Source: Octopus vulgaris (lineage: Eukaryota). From it: a stretch of 64,000 nt of DNA. Positions within the stretch are counted from its first letter, which is position 1. Each line of letters opens with the position of its first letter. Both the position numbers and the translations under genes were made by a program. Under the pieces are notes generated by a model. The model did not search any database, was not told the DNA's origin, and was given only the letters and a program-made list of their open reading frames with translations. Location of the stretch: NCBI GenBank assembly GCA_951406725.2, contig OX597823.1:107384001-107448000 (forward strand), written 5' to 3'. This document shows positions 13,871 through 27,464 of the stretch, one piece after another.

Positions 13871-14475
13871 GTGTATGTATGTATGCATGTATATATAGTT
13901 GACCAATTTATCACGTGTCAGATAAAACTGGAACTCAAATGTTTTGTAAAAGAGTGAGTATATTACTACACTTTGTATATTGTAACACTTCCATAGTAAC
14001 AAATTTATATTGTTTCCAAATTTTAGAAAATTGATAGGCAAATTCAGGAGTCATCTGCTTTGGCTAGGATACCTGTTGGAGACCAGGAAACTCCACATCC
14101 TGTTTATGGGTCTCAGAGTTATAAAAAGTCGGTACGAAATTTGTAAATGAAAGAACAGACTAAAGCAAATCCAGAACGAGGCTGTTTTAGTAGCTCCCGT
14201 CTGATTTTTTTCTCCAAGAATTCATTTATTCCTTTAGCCAGAAAACTGAAAGTCAAGATTCAGTTAGTAAAATATATTTCATATATATTTGATTGTAGAG
14301 TGGAGGAGATAAGAATAAATTGTTTTAGAGATATAGAGGAGAGGTGAGAGAACGGAATAGGATAGGGGTGGAAGATTTTAAACAGGTTTAAAATCGACAC
14401 ATACACATATATATAAAATACAAAAATGTGTGTGTGTGTGTGAATAAATATCCGAAAGAAGTTTTTCAATTGTAA

Positions 14476-14549
<74 letters not shown>

Positions 14550-14576
14550 TATATCTCTCTCTCTCTCTCTCTAGAT

Positions 14577-14677
<101 letters not shown>

Positions 14678-15135
14678 TCCTTTCGCTCGCAGATTTCAAC
14701 AAGTCAACATCGACTTCTTCTGTCTCTAGCAAATCGATCTTCTGAATTGCGCTCCAAAGAATTTTTCCACCGTCTAGGCTTAAAAAAGCCCTCAATGTTG
14801 GTTTCCTTGTCCTGTTTTTATTCTTTATGTGTACTGTATTTTTATTGGTATTGCTTTTACGTCCTGTTCTTGTCACTTTTTTTCTTTTTTTACCCCTCTG
14901 CAAAATAATTTTATTTAATTCATTTTGCAGGAAGGACTGCTTCGGCAGGTTCGTGTTCTGCTCTTACCTTCGAAATACGCATTGAGTCGAACCAGGGGCA
15001 GCTGATGAAGAGGAATATTCCTTGTATTGTTTGTCTTGTACTCTGTTTTTTCGTTGTTAAAAAAAGTCCGTTTCCTTGTTTGTTTTTATGTTTTCGTTTC
15101 TCGTTGTGTTCTACGTTTATTTGTGGTGTCCTGTA

Positions 15136-15179
<44 letters not shown>

Positions 15180-15293
15180 TGTATATATACATATAGATGT
15201 AGGTATGTACATATATGTATGTATGTATGCATATGTTTTATTTGTTAAATTGTTAGTGTATATATATATATATATATATATAGATAGATAGAT

Positions 15294-15367
<74 letters not shown>

Positions 15368-15523
15368 TTACAATTGAAAACGTTTTTCGGTTGTATATTC
15401 ACACACGACAGATGTCCGAACACAAACCATGATGTACGTATGATACTACTACTGGATAGCACGGGGTGAAATCTGAAGGTAGACGAGCTTTATACTGTAC
15501 TCTCTACTTCTTTTAACTCACTG

Positions 15524-15611
<88 letters not shown>

Positions 15612-15626
15612 CACACATACATACAA

Positions 15627-15668
<42 letters not shown>

Positions 15669-15694
15669 ATACACACACATATATACATATATGT

Positions 15695-16400
15695 ATACAA
15701 GGGGTTAAAACGTTCATAGACTAACGTAGATATTTTCATGGTATGTGACCGAATGACTTATTTTTCAACACAGAACACCTTGCGGTCCACGCATTTCTTC
15801 CATCGGTGTTGCAGCGCTTGGATCCCATTGGTGAAGAAGCTTTCATCCTGTTGGTCATAGAAGTCATCAACAGTAGATATGATGTCAGCATCACTGCGAT
15901 ACTGGTTTCCTGTCAAGTGTTTTTCTTTACGTTGGAATTTATGATAATTAGATGGAGCCGAATTGGAGAATGGAGAGAGTGATCAACCAGTTCAAAGCTG
16001 CAGTCACGCACAGCAGCCATTGAAACCAAGAGCTTGTGCGCTGGTGCCTTGTCCTGATGAAACAAAACATTTTTCATCTGTTTATCTGGGTGTTGGGTCT
16101 TGATAGCCTTTTGTAACTGCTTCAGCAAATTGGTATAATACTTTCCATTCGAGTTGTGACTCTTTTGAAGATAGTCAATAAACACGATACCTGTTGCATC
16201 TCCAAAACTGAGGCCATCACCTTCCCTGCAGATGAAACGACTTCGGCCTTCTTTGGAGAAGAGTGTTTCCGCTGCATGAATTGTCTCTTTGTATCTGGCT
16301 CTAAGTGATGAAATCAATACTCATGCTGGGTTAGGAAACGTTTAAGGAAAGCAGCTGGATCAGCCTGAAACAGTGTCAGATTTTCCCGTGATATGTTCAG
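15695..16400 (-). pseudogene. Mariner (DD34D-type) transposase relic
   Basis: ORF 15913..16317 contains GIVFIDYL...GKYYTNLLKQL..AIK...VLFHQDKAPAH...ELVDHSLHSP, matching mariner FHQDNAPAH and HPPYSPDL motifs. Frameshifted, with a TA-bounded end near 15695. Confidence 0.85.
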
Positions 16401-16559
16401 AATATTCTTAAGAAGAATATAATAGTATTCTTCTTTAAGAATTATAAATTTTAACTCTATTATACTCAATTATACGTTCTATGCCATGACCCGAGCATAG
16501 AACGGGGCTTACCTCTTTGTGCTGGGAAATGAATGGAATGCCTTGTGTGTGTCTTGCTG

Positions 16560-16850
16560 TGGCATCACAATCTGCCAGCATCAGATGGTTAATACACAGA
16601 ACAACCGTTGGCTTGTACCGAGAGTGATAAAAATTAAGCATCCAGGCAACACCATAGTGTTTGGAGTGATTATTAGTGATGGCGACGTTATGCCTCCTTT
16701 CATCTTCCTACACAGCCTCAGACTCAACACGGAGGCCTACATCAAGTGCTTGGTGGAGGAAGTGTTGCCTGGGACAAGAGGGTGGCTGCTGGAAGACCCT
16801 ATATCTGGCAACTGGACTCTGCACCATGCCACACAAGAAGAGTTTAAGAA
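16560..16850 (+). pseudogene. Tc1/mariner-superfamily transposase fragment
   Basis: KHPGNTIVFGVIISDGDVMPPFIF...LRLNTEAYIKCL.E.VLP resembles the catalytic-domain segment of Tc1/maT-like transposases. Confidence 0.7.
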
Positions 16851-17053
16851 GAGTTGGAAAATATTCTAGTCTCTTAACAATTTTTCAAGCCGATCACATG
16901 GATAAAGTTGTTCGCCTCTATAAGATACTAGGATATTTTCCTACTCGTCTTAACATAAAACCAATGGTAGCCTTAATTCACAAATAAAGAAATTATATAT
17001 CCACCAATGCGGTGTTGAGCACTCTTTTCAACGTTATATATATATATATATAC

Positions 17054-17089
<36 letters not shown>

Positions 17090-17129
17090 GCAGATACACA
17101 CATTATTAAGGTGATTTTAAAAGCCAAAA

Positions 17130-17700
17130 GGCACACGTACAATCGACACTAAACTGACAAGGCGTATTCAGTTTAACCCTAGGCAACGGAGTAAGTGTCA
17201 TTGACGAGGATTGATTCAATCTGAAATCATCGATGATCTGGCAATCTCGCTTGCTGTAGGAAGGTTGTCTACCTCGTCAGTCAATAGATAAGTGTTATAC
17301 CCATGGTTAAGAGTTGTTTAGACTCTTATTTCTAGCAATGCTGGTGCTGATTTGCACCCTTAGTCATTTTAGTGACGATTGTACTTGTGCTTTCTGGTTT
17401 TAAATTGCGACAAATTGCGACTAACCACCTTAATAACTTATAATTTTCACTTTATCAGTTTACCGAATGAGCCACTGATTCCTATGGTATTTTCTATAAA
17501 CTGAAAAAGCGGTTTCAATTTAAACCTAGGCAAAGAAGTGTCAATGATGAAGATTAATTCAATCCAAAATCATCGATGATCTGACACTCTCGCTTGCTCT
17601 AGGGAGGTTGTCTCCTTTGTTAGTCAATAGATAAGTGCTTTGCTGTAACAATGTTGATGCTGACAGGCAACCTTAGTCACTTTAGTGACGGTCGTACTAT
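17130..17700 (+). mobile_element. Direct-repeat element (period 343 nt) with a decayed HHR in each repeat and a short inverted 5' extension
   Basis: Repeats about 17168-17390 and 17515-17698. HHR-like gtgtca-TTGACGA-ggattgattcaatct-GAAA-tcatcgatga-TC-tggca (17195-17243) and gtgtca-ATGATGA...AAAA-tcatcgatga-TC-tgacac (17538-17587). 17131-17160 is inverted relative to about 17360-17390. Confidence 0.65.
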
Positions 17701-17781
17701 ATATAACAGTAATTTTTAATACTGGTGTCCTACAACAATCCTCAGGCACTGCCCATATGGCTTCGTTATGCCATATGGGCA

Positions 17782-17867
17782 GTGCCTGATGATTATGCTA
17801 GGACTCCAGATTTGTTAATAAAAATACTGCCTGGTATGCTCTCAGCAGGTGAAACTAATAGTAGCAC
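17782..17867 (+). ncRNA. Type I hammerhead ribozyme motif, intact core
   Basis: gtgc-CTGATGA-ttatgct...agcaggt-GAAAC-taata-GTA-gcac. Its 5' end overlaps a perfect 20-bp hairpin (tcaggcactgcccatatggc / gccatatgggcagtgcctga). The base of stem II is imperfect. Confidence 0.65.
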
Positions 17868-17957
17868 ATAAAAACATATATTGCTTTTATTAGATAATAT
17901 TTATCTCTCACCAGATAGAGTACTTTTTGTTGATCTTACCATAACGGAACAGTACAT

Positions 17958-18057
<100 letters not shown>

Positions 18058-18314
18058 CGTATATATATGCATACATACATACATTACATACATATATATA
18101 CACACACTTGTATATATATATATATATAAAATGTACTACAATATAATGTTATATTATATTGTATATATGCAATATAGATAGAAAGAGGGGGAAGAGAAAA
18201 ATAGATGGGAAGGGACAGGCAAAGAGGAAAATAAAACAATGTACCTATACATATAGGTATATTCTCTGAAGCTTGGCTTGGGAGAACGAGAAGGAGATTG
18301 ATAGCTAGACAGAC

Positions 18315-18376
<62 letters not shown>

Positions 18377-20386
18377 TATGATGGAAAGAGAGAGCGATAG
18401 GGGGAGAGAGTAGAATATCTAAAAATATATATACACCCTCATGTATAGTGTAGATTTCCTTTGTTATGCAGGAATTTCATTGGAAGCCAAATTAAAATGA
18501 AAAGCCTGAAAATCTAGGGCAAGCAGTTTATTGTGTGAAAGTGATTATAAATACTTGAGTTGGTGAAATGAGAAAAAGTTTTAAAACTTAAACACTCGCC
18601 ATTCAATTAATTATAGCAATTATGCTAAATCAACGGAGACCTGAATGTTTTCGAGTATTTATGTTTGTGTGTGTGTGTGTGTGTGTATGATTGTATGTGT
18701 GCGCGCGCGCGCGTGGTTTTCTTTGTGTGGGTGTGTGTATATGTGCACGCGCGTGGTAGTGTGAAAGCAAAAGAGAGAACGGGAGAGTATTTGTAAGTAT
18801 AATGGAGATTGGCTGTGGCTTTGTTTATGTGATTGTGTAAGAGATTAAGAATGTGAGTATATTTGAGAATATTTGCGTGAGAAGGTGAAATATTAGCTTT
18901 GGGTTGGTGTATATGACACTCATATACACAGATATATATGCATGTGAGTGTCATCGAATGTGTAGCGAAATATGATACTGTACATATTTGAAAATATAGC
19001 AAATGTTTTTATTGTGTTATTAAATGTATGCGTGTATTTTCGAGCTTATAGACATATGAATCTGTGTGATTGTAGAATTAAATGTATTTCTGTAGGTATA
19101 ACTGTTAATGATTATGGAAGTGAGTATATGGAAGTGAGTGTGATTGAGTATTTTTTAAGTAGTTGCTTCACTGGAGTTGCCTATCAGTTAATTCACCACC
19201 AAGTGCATTTCTTTTACTGATTATTAAATATTGTGATCACAAAATAGAAAGATGCTCTTTCTTTCGGTTTTAAGTTGAGAAGTGATATGCCTGGTATGCC
19301 AGAATATTTTAAGCTGTTACGTTTTCTTCATATGGGACAGAGTCAATTGATTTTTAGACTATTAACATAGCAATGTCATGTGTCGGAATACTAAATAATT
19401 GTTCCCTTTACATCTCAGAGTTCTGGTAATTTGCTGCCGGATTCGGAGAAATTTTCTCATTCCGGATCTTTAACTAGTTCAACACTTAATGTTTTCCAAT
19501 TCTTTCCTCCCGGAACTGCAACTCTAAGATCCACACACCATCTACGTTCCTCCTTCTCCCCACAGCTATCAACAGGCAAAAGAAGATTTTCATCTGATAT
19601 CTATAATCTCATCATTCTCTCGATATTCCTTCTAATTTTCCTTCTAACTTTCCACTGTTATATATATATATATATATATATATTTTAAGTTGTTTAAATT
19701 TTGAAATATATACATTTTTTGTGCATGTGTCGTATAAGTGAGCTGAGTTTGAATTCATAAATTTTTTTTAATACAAGTAGGTTTTTCAGTGGTCAATCCT
19801 AAATTAGTTTTCTACAAATATAAATTTAAATTTACATCGATATTATTTTCTTTGATCAGAACAGAACAAATATGAAAATTATGCTGATATAAACGCATCA
19901 GCACCACCATTTTTTAATCGTACAGTACACCCATAAAAAGATCTGGAAACCGCATCACTACCCTACAACCATCACCATACGCATCACCATCATTACAATC
20001 AATACTATCATTACCACTGATTCTACGTCATTTAACATACAGACATTTAGACAAAGCCATACCGCCTAAACATCATCATGTAAAAGTCGACATGAAAAGA
20101 AAACCGACGACAGGTGACTATTTAATTAAGCATTGTTCTTCGCACATTAATGAATTTGGCGTGGCCTAATTATAAACCTTCGCATCCCCCACGTCTTCGC
20201 TTTCTCAGCGGCTTCATTTAAAACAACGCAACACAAGAGAAACACTTCCATCACCAGTTTCAGTGCGCAACGACATCGGCAAAAGCATTCGCATCACAAT
20301 CTTCTTCTCCAGTTCACACCATCAAAACAACTACAACTACAACTACTGCTATAGCCGTAGCTACTAATGCTGCTGCTGCTGCTATT

Positions 20387-20387
<1 letters not shown>

Positions 20388-20474
<87 letters not shown>

Positions 20475-20551
20475 GGTGGTGGTGGTGGTGGTGGTGGTGG
20501 TGGTAGTTGTAGTAGTAGTAGTGGTGGGGGGTAGTGGTAGTAGTAGTAGCG

Positions 20552-20630
<79 letters not shown>

Positions 20631-20638
20631 GGGTAGTG

Positions 20639-20669
<31 letters not shown>

Positions 20670-20717
20670 CGGTGGTGGTGGTGGTGGGTAGTAGTAGTAG
20701 TAGTAGTAGTAGCGGTG

Positions 20718-20771
<54 letters not shown>
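20388..20771. repeat. Compound (TAG)n/(TGG)n trinucleotide microsatellite
   Basis: Seen directly; explains ORFs 20314-20917. Confidence 0.95.
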
Positions 20772-20854
20772 TTTGCAGCAACATAATATCAAATATTATT
20801 TTAATTATGACTAGCTTGAACAACCATCATACAAGCATACCCGGGAAACTCTTT

Positions 20855-21790
20855 GCAGTTGCTCGACCTGCTACAAACAGCAAAGAAACCAATAAAAAAA
20901 ATACGAGAAGGTTGTGATTGGAGTCCCTTTGATCAGAGTTCAACTTAATCGGGGCTGATGTAGAGCTAAACAGTTTTCAAATGAGTCATCAGTGGTTGCT
21001 CGACCTTCAAGAAACAGTAGCCAAATGTCTTCCAAATAACATCACACCATATTGATAAAGAATGTAGGATCACAGTTAGAATGCTTTTAATCACATGCGT
21101 GCTTGATTAGGGCCTCAGCCTCGGTTCTAAGCAACAACTATAACAACCATGTGAACGCTCGCTCTGCTAAAAGTGGCAGCCATTTCTTCCAATGGTCTTT
21201 AAAAAGTAGGCATTATACAATGTCGTCCAAAATATGGATGATAATGTTCGGAATATCTTTGATCATAGATCTGTTTGGTCGGAGTTGACGACCTAGCGCT
21301 AAACAGCATTACCCCCAACAACAGCAACAACTATCATACACAACCAACGTTATCATTAACTTTTCTTATCTTGGTACAAAGCCGGAAATTTTGAGGGCTG
21401 GAGAAGTCGATTAACAATCAAATCTCTTTCCAGTCACACCCTACAGACTGGATAGCCTTATATGGAATACATAGCACGAAAAGAAAATAACATAAGTTCA
21501 TACCTGGAATGATTTTAATCATAGGTATTTTCGACTAAGGCTGATATGGATTAATCGACTGCAACAATAACGACAAGAAAAATCCAACGAGTTAGTAAGA
21601 ATGGTTATTTCTTGTTGCTTAAATTTCCAGCTAAGCCTTTCTTGAATCTTGCCATATCATCTCAGAAAAGAAAGGACAAGCTATGCCTTAAAAACGAACA
21701 TGATTGTCACAATTTGAATGTTTTGGGCTTTAGGACTACTCATTCAGAATGGACAAGGAGTTAATCAACAACAACAACAATACCAACATG
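20855..21790 (+). repeat. Cluster of about 4-5 old, diverged copies of a short repeat ending in gctaaacaacaac-like tails
   Basis: Recurrent gctcgacct..agaaa.agcagccaaat...tcacacc...gatcatag...gctaaaca motifs near 20860, 20997, 21157, 21420 and 21700; another copy near 33930-34215. Confidence 0.5.
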
Positions 21791-22601
21791 CAGTAAAAAG
21801 CTACACCTTCTGTCGCACCCACCAGTTCATACCCTCATCACACATCCCAAAATTATTTCTCCTATCTTGCTAAGCTAGAAGAAGAAATATAAATACTCTT
21901 GTGAGAATTCTGCCTGACTTATTTAAATCTGAAGGACAGTTTAGGTATGAGCAATATGAGAAGTAAGCATTTTTGGTAAATATTTTAGGATGGTAAAGAA
22001 ATTTGTTTTACGACATATTAAAGCATCTTAAATGAGCAAGTATGATGATGTGGATTAAGAAAAATAACAAGAAACAGTAGTAAAAAGATGGTTTAGAGGT
22101 TATACATAATACATAGTCAATTATAGTAAAATACAGTGTCACGTAAAATTAAGGTGAAAGTAGTTTAACCATTGTTGAAATTAATTAAGTGGAGAGTTCA
22201 ATATTGTTATGATAATATAATGACAGTTAAACTGTATGATAATGATGCTAATATATATGTATGTATGCACTCACAAACGCGCGCACGCACAAATATACGA
22301 GGAAAATTGATGTAAGGGGAGAAGAAGAAAATCGTTTTAGAATAGCATTGACGTTATGAATAATAATGTGCAAAAATTAATATGGTTGCTACTCATTTGT
22401 TCACATTGTAATAGCGCGGTGTTTTATTGAAAGATTGCTTTACAGTTAAATGGAGATATGTGCTTCTGGGTTCAGAAGATAGATTCAAAATGTAATGTGC
22501 GGGTACTGTAATAGATATGATTCTAAAGAGAGCAATTAGATATATTTAAAGGGGTAAGTGTGGTGTTTAACTTATAATTGCTTGTTCTCTGTATTTGAAT
22601 A

Positions 22602-23574
22602 CTGTAAATCCTCGAGTATAGCCCGCCCTTGTGTATAATACGCAGGGGATTTTTAGGGGGCTGTACCTCTGAAAAACCTAAACCTTGTGTATAATACGTA
22701 TCCCTTCTCTAACTTGAGTCAAGGAGGTCTATATAACGTCCTTGATTTGTAAGAATGTATGCAGTAACGTCCTTTATTATTGCCTTCTTGCCTTCTTTAT
22801 CTTTGGCATCTGTTTAATTTCATCTTTATTTCTTCTCCATAACCTGACATTGCTTTCGTCAACATCAAATTTTCTTCCGGCGGCCCTATTACCATGCTCT
22901 TCAGCATATGATATAACTTCAAGTTTAAACATAGCTAAATAATATCTACGAGGCATTTTATGGGCATGTGATGTATAAAATGTTTTATTGGAGATTAATG
23001 TACAGGTTTAAGTGCCGCTTATAAAAGAAAAACCCTAGTAAAGACCCTCAGTAGTACAAACATTTAATACTGGTATTTAATTAAGTATCTATTATTTACC
23101 ATGGTAATGATGCAAACTACTAATACAAACAGCAGGATGAACTATTTAGCGCTAAACTATTAAGCACAATTTATGCGTAATTAAGCCAGCAGCACCTAGT
23201 CGAACAAACACTTCCGTGCATGCGTAATACAATAATGGTGATGTTTTTAACTGTTATATGGGAATGTAAATATGTTTTCAAATTGTTTTTGTTACATGTT
23301 ATTCTGTGTTCTGAATACTTTTATTTTAATAAATGTTGCTTACTGCAAGTTATGGATGATTCTTTTATGACATCATTGCTTTCAAGCTTAGCTTAAGGTA
23401 TTTTCGCGCCCGACATCACAAAATGCGTCTGAATAAATATTGCCGGACAGCAAATAGAGACTGGAACATTGCTTAGAAAATATTTTTCATTTTTAACCTC
23501 GTATATAGTACGCACTTGGGATTTTGACCTTTAAATTTTTGGGAAAAATGCGGATTATACTCGAGGATTTACAG
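22602..23574 (-). mobile_element. Non-autonomous pogo/Tc1-mariner element with perfect 19-bp TIRs and a TA TSD
   Basis: TA-CTGTAAATCCTCGAGTATA (22602-22620) ... TATACTCGAGGATTTACAG-TA (23556-23574). Confidence 0.92.
22777..22956 (-). CDS. 59-aa ORF, Brinker-like/pogo N-terminal helix-turn-helix DNA-binding domain (truncated transposase)
   Basis: Hand translation MPRRYYLAMFKLEVISYAEEHGNRAAGRKFDVDESNVRLWRRNKDEIKQMPKIKKARRQ*, matching the pogo/POGK-type FKL.V..YAE.HGNR.A.RKF.V.E.NVR.WR pattern. Below the ORF-track length cutoff; expression unknown. Confidence 0.7.
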   Translation of the reverse strand: MPRRYYLAMFKLEVISYAEEHGNRAAGRKFDVDESNVRLWRRNKDEIKQMPKIKKARRQ

Positions 23575-23649
23575 TATGAATTGAAAGAGCTTTAGGTAAA
23601 AGTTTGATTTGTGATGTGAGTGGAAAGATATATTTCTAAAAGAGAATAG

Positions 23650-23870
23650 ACTCATACGGATTCAGGACCGGTTTTCCGGTTTCCGTGATGTATATATTCC
23701 TCCTGTGGAGGATGCCAGGCCGTGGTAGGCTTACTCATCTTTACCAGCTGAGTGAACCGGAAATGAGGTATTTTGCTCAAGAGCACACTGTGCCACTCGG
23801 TCCAGAAATCGAAACCATAATCTTACGATCATGAGTCCATCAGCCTAACCACTAAGCCACGCGCTTCCAT
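23650..23870 (-). mobile_element. Diverged tRNA-derived SINE
   Basis: Minus-strand head ggaagcgcgtggcttagtggttagg...gactcatgatcgtaagattatggtttcgatttctggacc with A and B boxes. Confidence 0.7.
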
Positions 23871-24184
23871 AAGAGTAATTCAAGTGTTATAGGCCCATTA
23901 TTATTTATGTTAAATTTAGAAAGTAGAAGAAATTAGGTGCTGGTATATTTATGTCTGAGTAAATGGTAATGGTAAGCATAGTAGTTAGTATTATTTATTC
24001 CTAGCTGGGTGATTACAATTAAAATACCATGTGCAGATGCGTTATAAAATATTGTATTCTACTATTTGTATGGCTAGATAAATCGGTACGATTAGAAGAA
24101 AGATAGGTTAACTGGTACAGTTTCGAAGACATTTTGAAATAGACATAAAGACGTGCGAGTTCAGAGAAGAAAAGTAAACGAAAA

Positions 24185-24235
<51 letters not shown>

Positions 24236-24469
24236 CCTGTAGTACTCATCTCTCTTTTAGTATTTCTCTTTCACTCTGAGTATGAACTACTGTATGTATT
24301 TATATACTGAGAAATGTTCACACACACGCGCGCATGGGCTCACATACATGCGCACATACACGAACATATACACAAACACGAACACTATACACAAATGCAC
24401 CATAAGCATATATGCGTATGTGTGCGCATGTGTGTGTATGTAAGTATAAGAGGTTATATAACCAGAAAC

Positions 24470-24581
24470 GGCTCTGATGAAAGTAGGATTAATTTTCTTA
24501 GGTCGTTCAATTTTCCTCAATTGATCAATAGACCAATTGAAGAAACTTATCGGTAATGAATACTGGAAACAGCTGTAAGCC
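24470..24581 (+). ncRNA. Type I hammerhead ribozyme motif, intact core
   Basis: ggct-CTGATGA-aagta...(75 nt, with internal ttcaatt/aattgaa pairing)...tactg-GAAAC-agct-GTA-agcc. Confidence 0.72.
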
Positions 24582-26160
24582 ATAATTGCTCTAATAAAAA
24601 AAAATGTGTATTGATCATTATTTTAACTTGTTTCTGATATATTACTCTGTGTAAAAATCTACGGATTTGCAATATAGAATTGTGATGAAACGTAACCTTG
24701 GACACTATTACAAGATTACCTGGAGTTCTTCACTAATATTGCTAGCCTGGAGTCCCAACAGAGAGCTTGCCCGGATTGATAATCCTTCACTATTAGTTGT
24801 GTGTGTGTGTGTCTGTGTGTGTGTTTGTATGTGGCTGTATGTCCTGCATGTAAATAAATTATACAAAGGTATACGAGCACTCGTATATAAATATCTATGT
24901 ATATCTTTTATGTATAGATATATATCTATGTTTATATGTATATGCGTGCACGTGTGTGTATCCGTGTCTGTGTAGATATATGTGTACATATGTATATGTC
25001 TAAGAATTTTGCACAAAATTGTTACAATTACTAAATGAGACACTAAGACAAATGTGATTCCTAACAGCAAATCTTTTCTGGCTCTTGTTTAGACATATCA
25101 CCCCATGAAGAACTTTTGGTGTCTAAAATGATAAAGTTTAATGTGTAATCCGAAGGGGAATATTAACGAATTCTTATATTTTAAAAGAGGAGACATGTTT
25201 TGATTTAGAATAAGCTCCAATGAGAATAGAAAGCCGCTCCAATATGGAACTCGGTCGATCAATGGAAAAGGCTAGCTTAAGAAATATTAACATTGGGTCA
25301 ATTATTTTTACATTCAAACTTTAGTTTATGTATGTAAATGAAATTTTCAACTCTTTCAAAGAGCTCAATACATAAATGTTATGATGTCTGCAACAATCAT
25401 AATGAGATGTAAATTGTAAATCGCATTGTCTAAAAGAGATATACCGATGTTGTTGTCGTTGTTTTTGTTGTTGTTGTTGTTGATTTTGTTGCTTTTTAAA
25501 TCTCTTGACTAAATTTATCTAACGTTTTCTTTTTTCTTCCTAATAATCGCGATTTCTACGACAGGAGTGATAACGACGACTCTGGCAAGATGGCAATAAC
25601 AATACGAGCAACAAGTACAATGACCATGATGATGATAATGATGATTTTAGCAACACCAATAACAACAACGACAACGATAGCAACAACAACAACAATCATA
25701 ATGTCTTTATGAAGTAGCATCCTGTCCTGAATTCGTAAATACTAGATTGCTAGATATATTTTATCGATTCTGATTCTGTGACTCAGTGCCAAATTTAGAA
25801 AACGTGTCAATGAGTAGATGTTTATGAATATATTTCCATTTAGTAGAAAGACAGCTTGGATTTTCAGTGCCAAATACTATTAGGTTCAGCAGTTGGTTGT
25901 GAGTTCATTCCCATTCAAGAATCTGCACTTTGTACTGAATTTATCAATGCAATACTGAGAAAATAAGACATCTAGATATCTCTTCAATGTAAAAATGAAT
26001 ATCTCGTAGACGTTAGTGCTATGTGGTGGCCTTCTAATTATTTTTCCTCTCTCTTTTCCTCTCCCTTCCCTTTTATATGCAGCCCTCTGTAAGACAAACA
26101 CATACACACACATGCATACAAACACATCAAATGTATGCGCGTGTGTATAAATATATATAT

Positions 26161-26576
26161 ACTCTTTTACTCTTTACTCTTTTACTTGTTTCAGTCATTT
26201 GACTGCGGCCATGCTGGAGCACCGCCTTTAGTCGAGCAAATCGACCCCGGGACTTATTCTTTTGTAAGCCCAGTACTTATTCTATTGGTCTCTTTTGCCG
26301 AACCGCTAAGTGACGGGGACGTAAACACACCAGCATCGGTTGTCAAGCAATGATAGGGGGACAAACACAGACACACAAACATATACACACACACTTATAT
26401 ATATATACATATATACGACAGGCTTCTTTCAGTTTCTGTCTACCAAATCCACTCACAAGGCATTGGTCGGCCCGGGGCTATAGCAGAAGACACTTGCCCA
26501 AGATGCCACGCAGTGAGACTGAACCTGGAACCATGTGGTTGGTTAGCAAGCTACTTACCACACAGCCACTCCTGCG

Positions 26577-26580
<4 letters not shown>
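26161..26580 (-). mobile_element. SINE family A, full length
   Basis: Reverse complement of 3937-4380; the head abuts (TA)n. Confidence 0.92.
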
Positions 26581-26625
<45 letters not shown>

Positions 26626-27464
26626 GGGTAAATAGACAAAGGAAAGGAGGGAACTCAACCAATTTATTGGGAGTTACGTGTATGGATCAAAGCAGCTTGA
26701 TTCAAATTCGTTGGTACACTTGAGTTTCAAGCGTGGTGCTAGACGTCAGCCATTTTGAATTTGAATGACAGAAGTTGATTGTAACTACCATAAGGTGAGC
26801 TCGGAATGGTCGAGGAAGGGCATACGATGTCGTGGTTTCATGCAGGTATATGCGTAACAGTTAGTTGGAAAATACCGCATGGCGAACAGGAAAATTACCA
26901 CGTGGAGGACAGGAAATAGAATACGTAGCAATTAGAAATCAGTCAAATTGATGGGGGGGGGGGGGAAGCACCAACTGGTGCTAGACGATTTTCGTTTGCT
27001 TCTGGTTTATTTTATGCTAACGCTAAACGTCTCTAAGAAGTACTATCTAAGGACTGATACCGTATTTAAATAGAATTTCCATAATGTATTTGCATTAAGT
27101 GTGATATGCAGATGGCTATTTTAAACTAATACTGCTTCTGTTACTCATACCAAATAGGTGTGTATATGTATGTATATATATCTATATATATGTTTTTCTA
27201 CCAATTATATACGTTTTTATTATTATTTTTTGCAATTTACATAATCTTTAACATTCTATTGTTATTTTAATTTCAATTTTTCTATTATATGTAATTTTCT
27301 AGATGGTGTAATTTAATTGTTCATTTTGAATTGATAAAAGGTGGGGTTTTTTTTTTCTAATTTCATATATATATATTATATTGTGTGAAATTCGATTTAG
27401 TATTTCTAAATTGAAATTTTTTCCTTGTAAGTTTGGATTTTATTCCCTCAAATAATAATTATAT

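Noticed and set aside
14925-15030. CTGATGA at 15002 and a gaagg...ccttc-GAAAT segment
   Set aside because: The core halves are in the wrong order or too degenerate to call an HHR, although the segment is TA-bounded like the others.
20314-20917. Poly-T/H/Y/S/V ORFs
   Set aside because: Trinucleotide microsatellite.
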